Positions 62,682 to 64,000 of a stretch of DNA of 64,000 nt are shown here, in pieces (position 1 is the first letter of the stretch; the number at the start of each line of letters is the position of its first letter). The notes beneath the pieces were generated by a model that saw only the letters and a program-made list of their open reading frames with translations, did not search any database and was not told where the DNA came from. The position numbers were made by a program, and so were the translations under genes. This DNA comes from Octopus sinensis. Taxonomy: Eukaryota. The stretch covers positions 2,728,001 through 2,792,000 of the forward strand of contig NC_043012.1 of assembly GCF_006345805.1 (NCBI RefSeq), given 5' to 3'.

Positions 62682-64000
62682 AGCGCCATTTTTTTATTGT
62701 TGTTTTACTGGTCATGAATTTAAGAGATGAATTGATAACGAAATGAATGAAGGACCTTGAAGTCGAACGAAATCAGCTGGCGATGAAATGGTATACATTC
62801 AAACAGCAAACCAGAGAAGTTAAGACAGTGAAGCAAATTGACACAGTGGCGTTTGTACGATTCAGTGATATTGCTGGTAATCCGACCGGTAAATAGTGGA
62901 GATTCATTCTCCGATTTTTATCGTAAGACCATCATGGCGCAGACGTGGCTGTGTGATAACAAGTTTGCTTCTTCCCAACTACATGGTTCTACACGGTCTC
63001 ACAGCGTGACACTTTAGGAAAATGTTTTCTACTATAGCCTCGGGCCAACCAAAGTCTTTTGAGTGGATTTGGTGGACGAAAACTGAAAGAAGACCCTCAT
63101 ATATATATATATATATATATAGTGTATGTGTGTATTCGTGTCTGTTTGTCCAGGCAGCTAAGGGGTGTATGTGTATAGATAAATATTCTTTCTACTATGA
63201 GCACAAGGCCTGAAATTTGGGGGAAGGGGGACTAGTCGATTACACCGACCCCAGTATTTCACTGGTACTTAATTTATCGACCATAAAATGATGAAGGGCA
63301 AAGTCGACCTAGGCGGAAAATGAACTCAGAACGCAGCGACTGGCGAAATACCACCCAGCATTTCGTCCAGCGCGCTAACCATTATGCCAGCTCGTCGCCT
63401 TATGTGTGTAGATTAATAGATAGATAGATAATTTGGTTTTTGTTAGACGTTTGTAAATCTTTGACACTGAGGCACAGACATGATTTCAGCAATTTAAGAT
63501 GGCCTACGTGTAGTTTTGACTATTTTTGAAACCTATCCCTTGCATGCCTTCCATTTTGATTTCTTTTTTGTTTGTTGCATTATTTTAATCTTTATTTTTT
63601 TCGTATTTGCTTTTGTTGTTCTTTGTTTTCGTGTTTCCTTCCTCAAGTTGCCCCACAGTCAGTAAAAAAGATGCTTGTACATAAATATAGCTAATAAATA
63701 GATAATGCTTAACTAGTAACAGGATAGCTTAGGTGTGGAGAATATTTACAAAGTATTTTTCTTTCCGAAATTACAACAAATGTTGTGTAGTTTGTGTAGC
63801 TGACAGGAACAATAGGCAGAAGTGGTTTAGAGAAATTATTGAAACCGGAGCTAGTGATATGGCAGTATTCAATAGCATAATTGACTGCAAACTATTTCAG
63901 GCATGAGTATATATATATATTTATACATGTACGTACGTACGTATGCATGTATGTATGTACGTGTGTATTGCATGTTAACTTTTTGCTTTAATTATTTGAA

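Noticed and set aside
1-64000. CRISPR arrays, rRNA genes or prokaryote-type operons
   Set aside because: No regularly spaced repeat-spacer arrays or rRNA motifs; the sequence is a spliced eukaryotic locus.

Overview
AT-rich, microsatellite- and transposon-dense animal genomic DNA. The repeat repertoire looks like that of a coleoid cephalopod such as Octopus (inference, not verified by search). The only supported host coding sequence is the last four + strand exons (1788-18349) of a MICAL-family gene, which encode the C-terminal bMERB/Rab-binding coiled coil. The rest is intron or intergenic DNA with at least five tRNA-derived or related SINE families, MITEs (hAT, mariner, Tigger-like, piggyBac-like), two non-autonomous Helitron copies, and LINE, Penelope, Gypsy and hAT relics. 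The strongest unusual signal is two divergent Tx1/L1-like ORF1-bearing elements (51699-52976 and about 34865-35867) joined to the same point of one SINE family's tRNA-like head. One has a clear target-site duplication, suggesting a SINE-targeting retrotransposon lineage. Other leads are hammerhead-like motifs in Penelope-type termini, intronic hairpins in MICAL, and a CpG-decay domain plus a minus-strand promoter-like cluster hinting at an unannotated transcription unit. SINE and relic boundaries are approximate.
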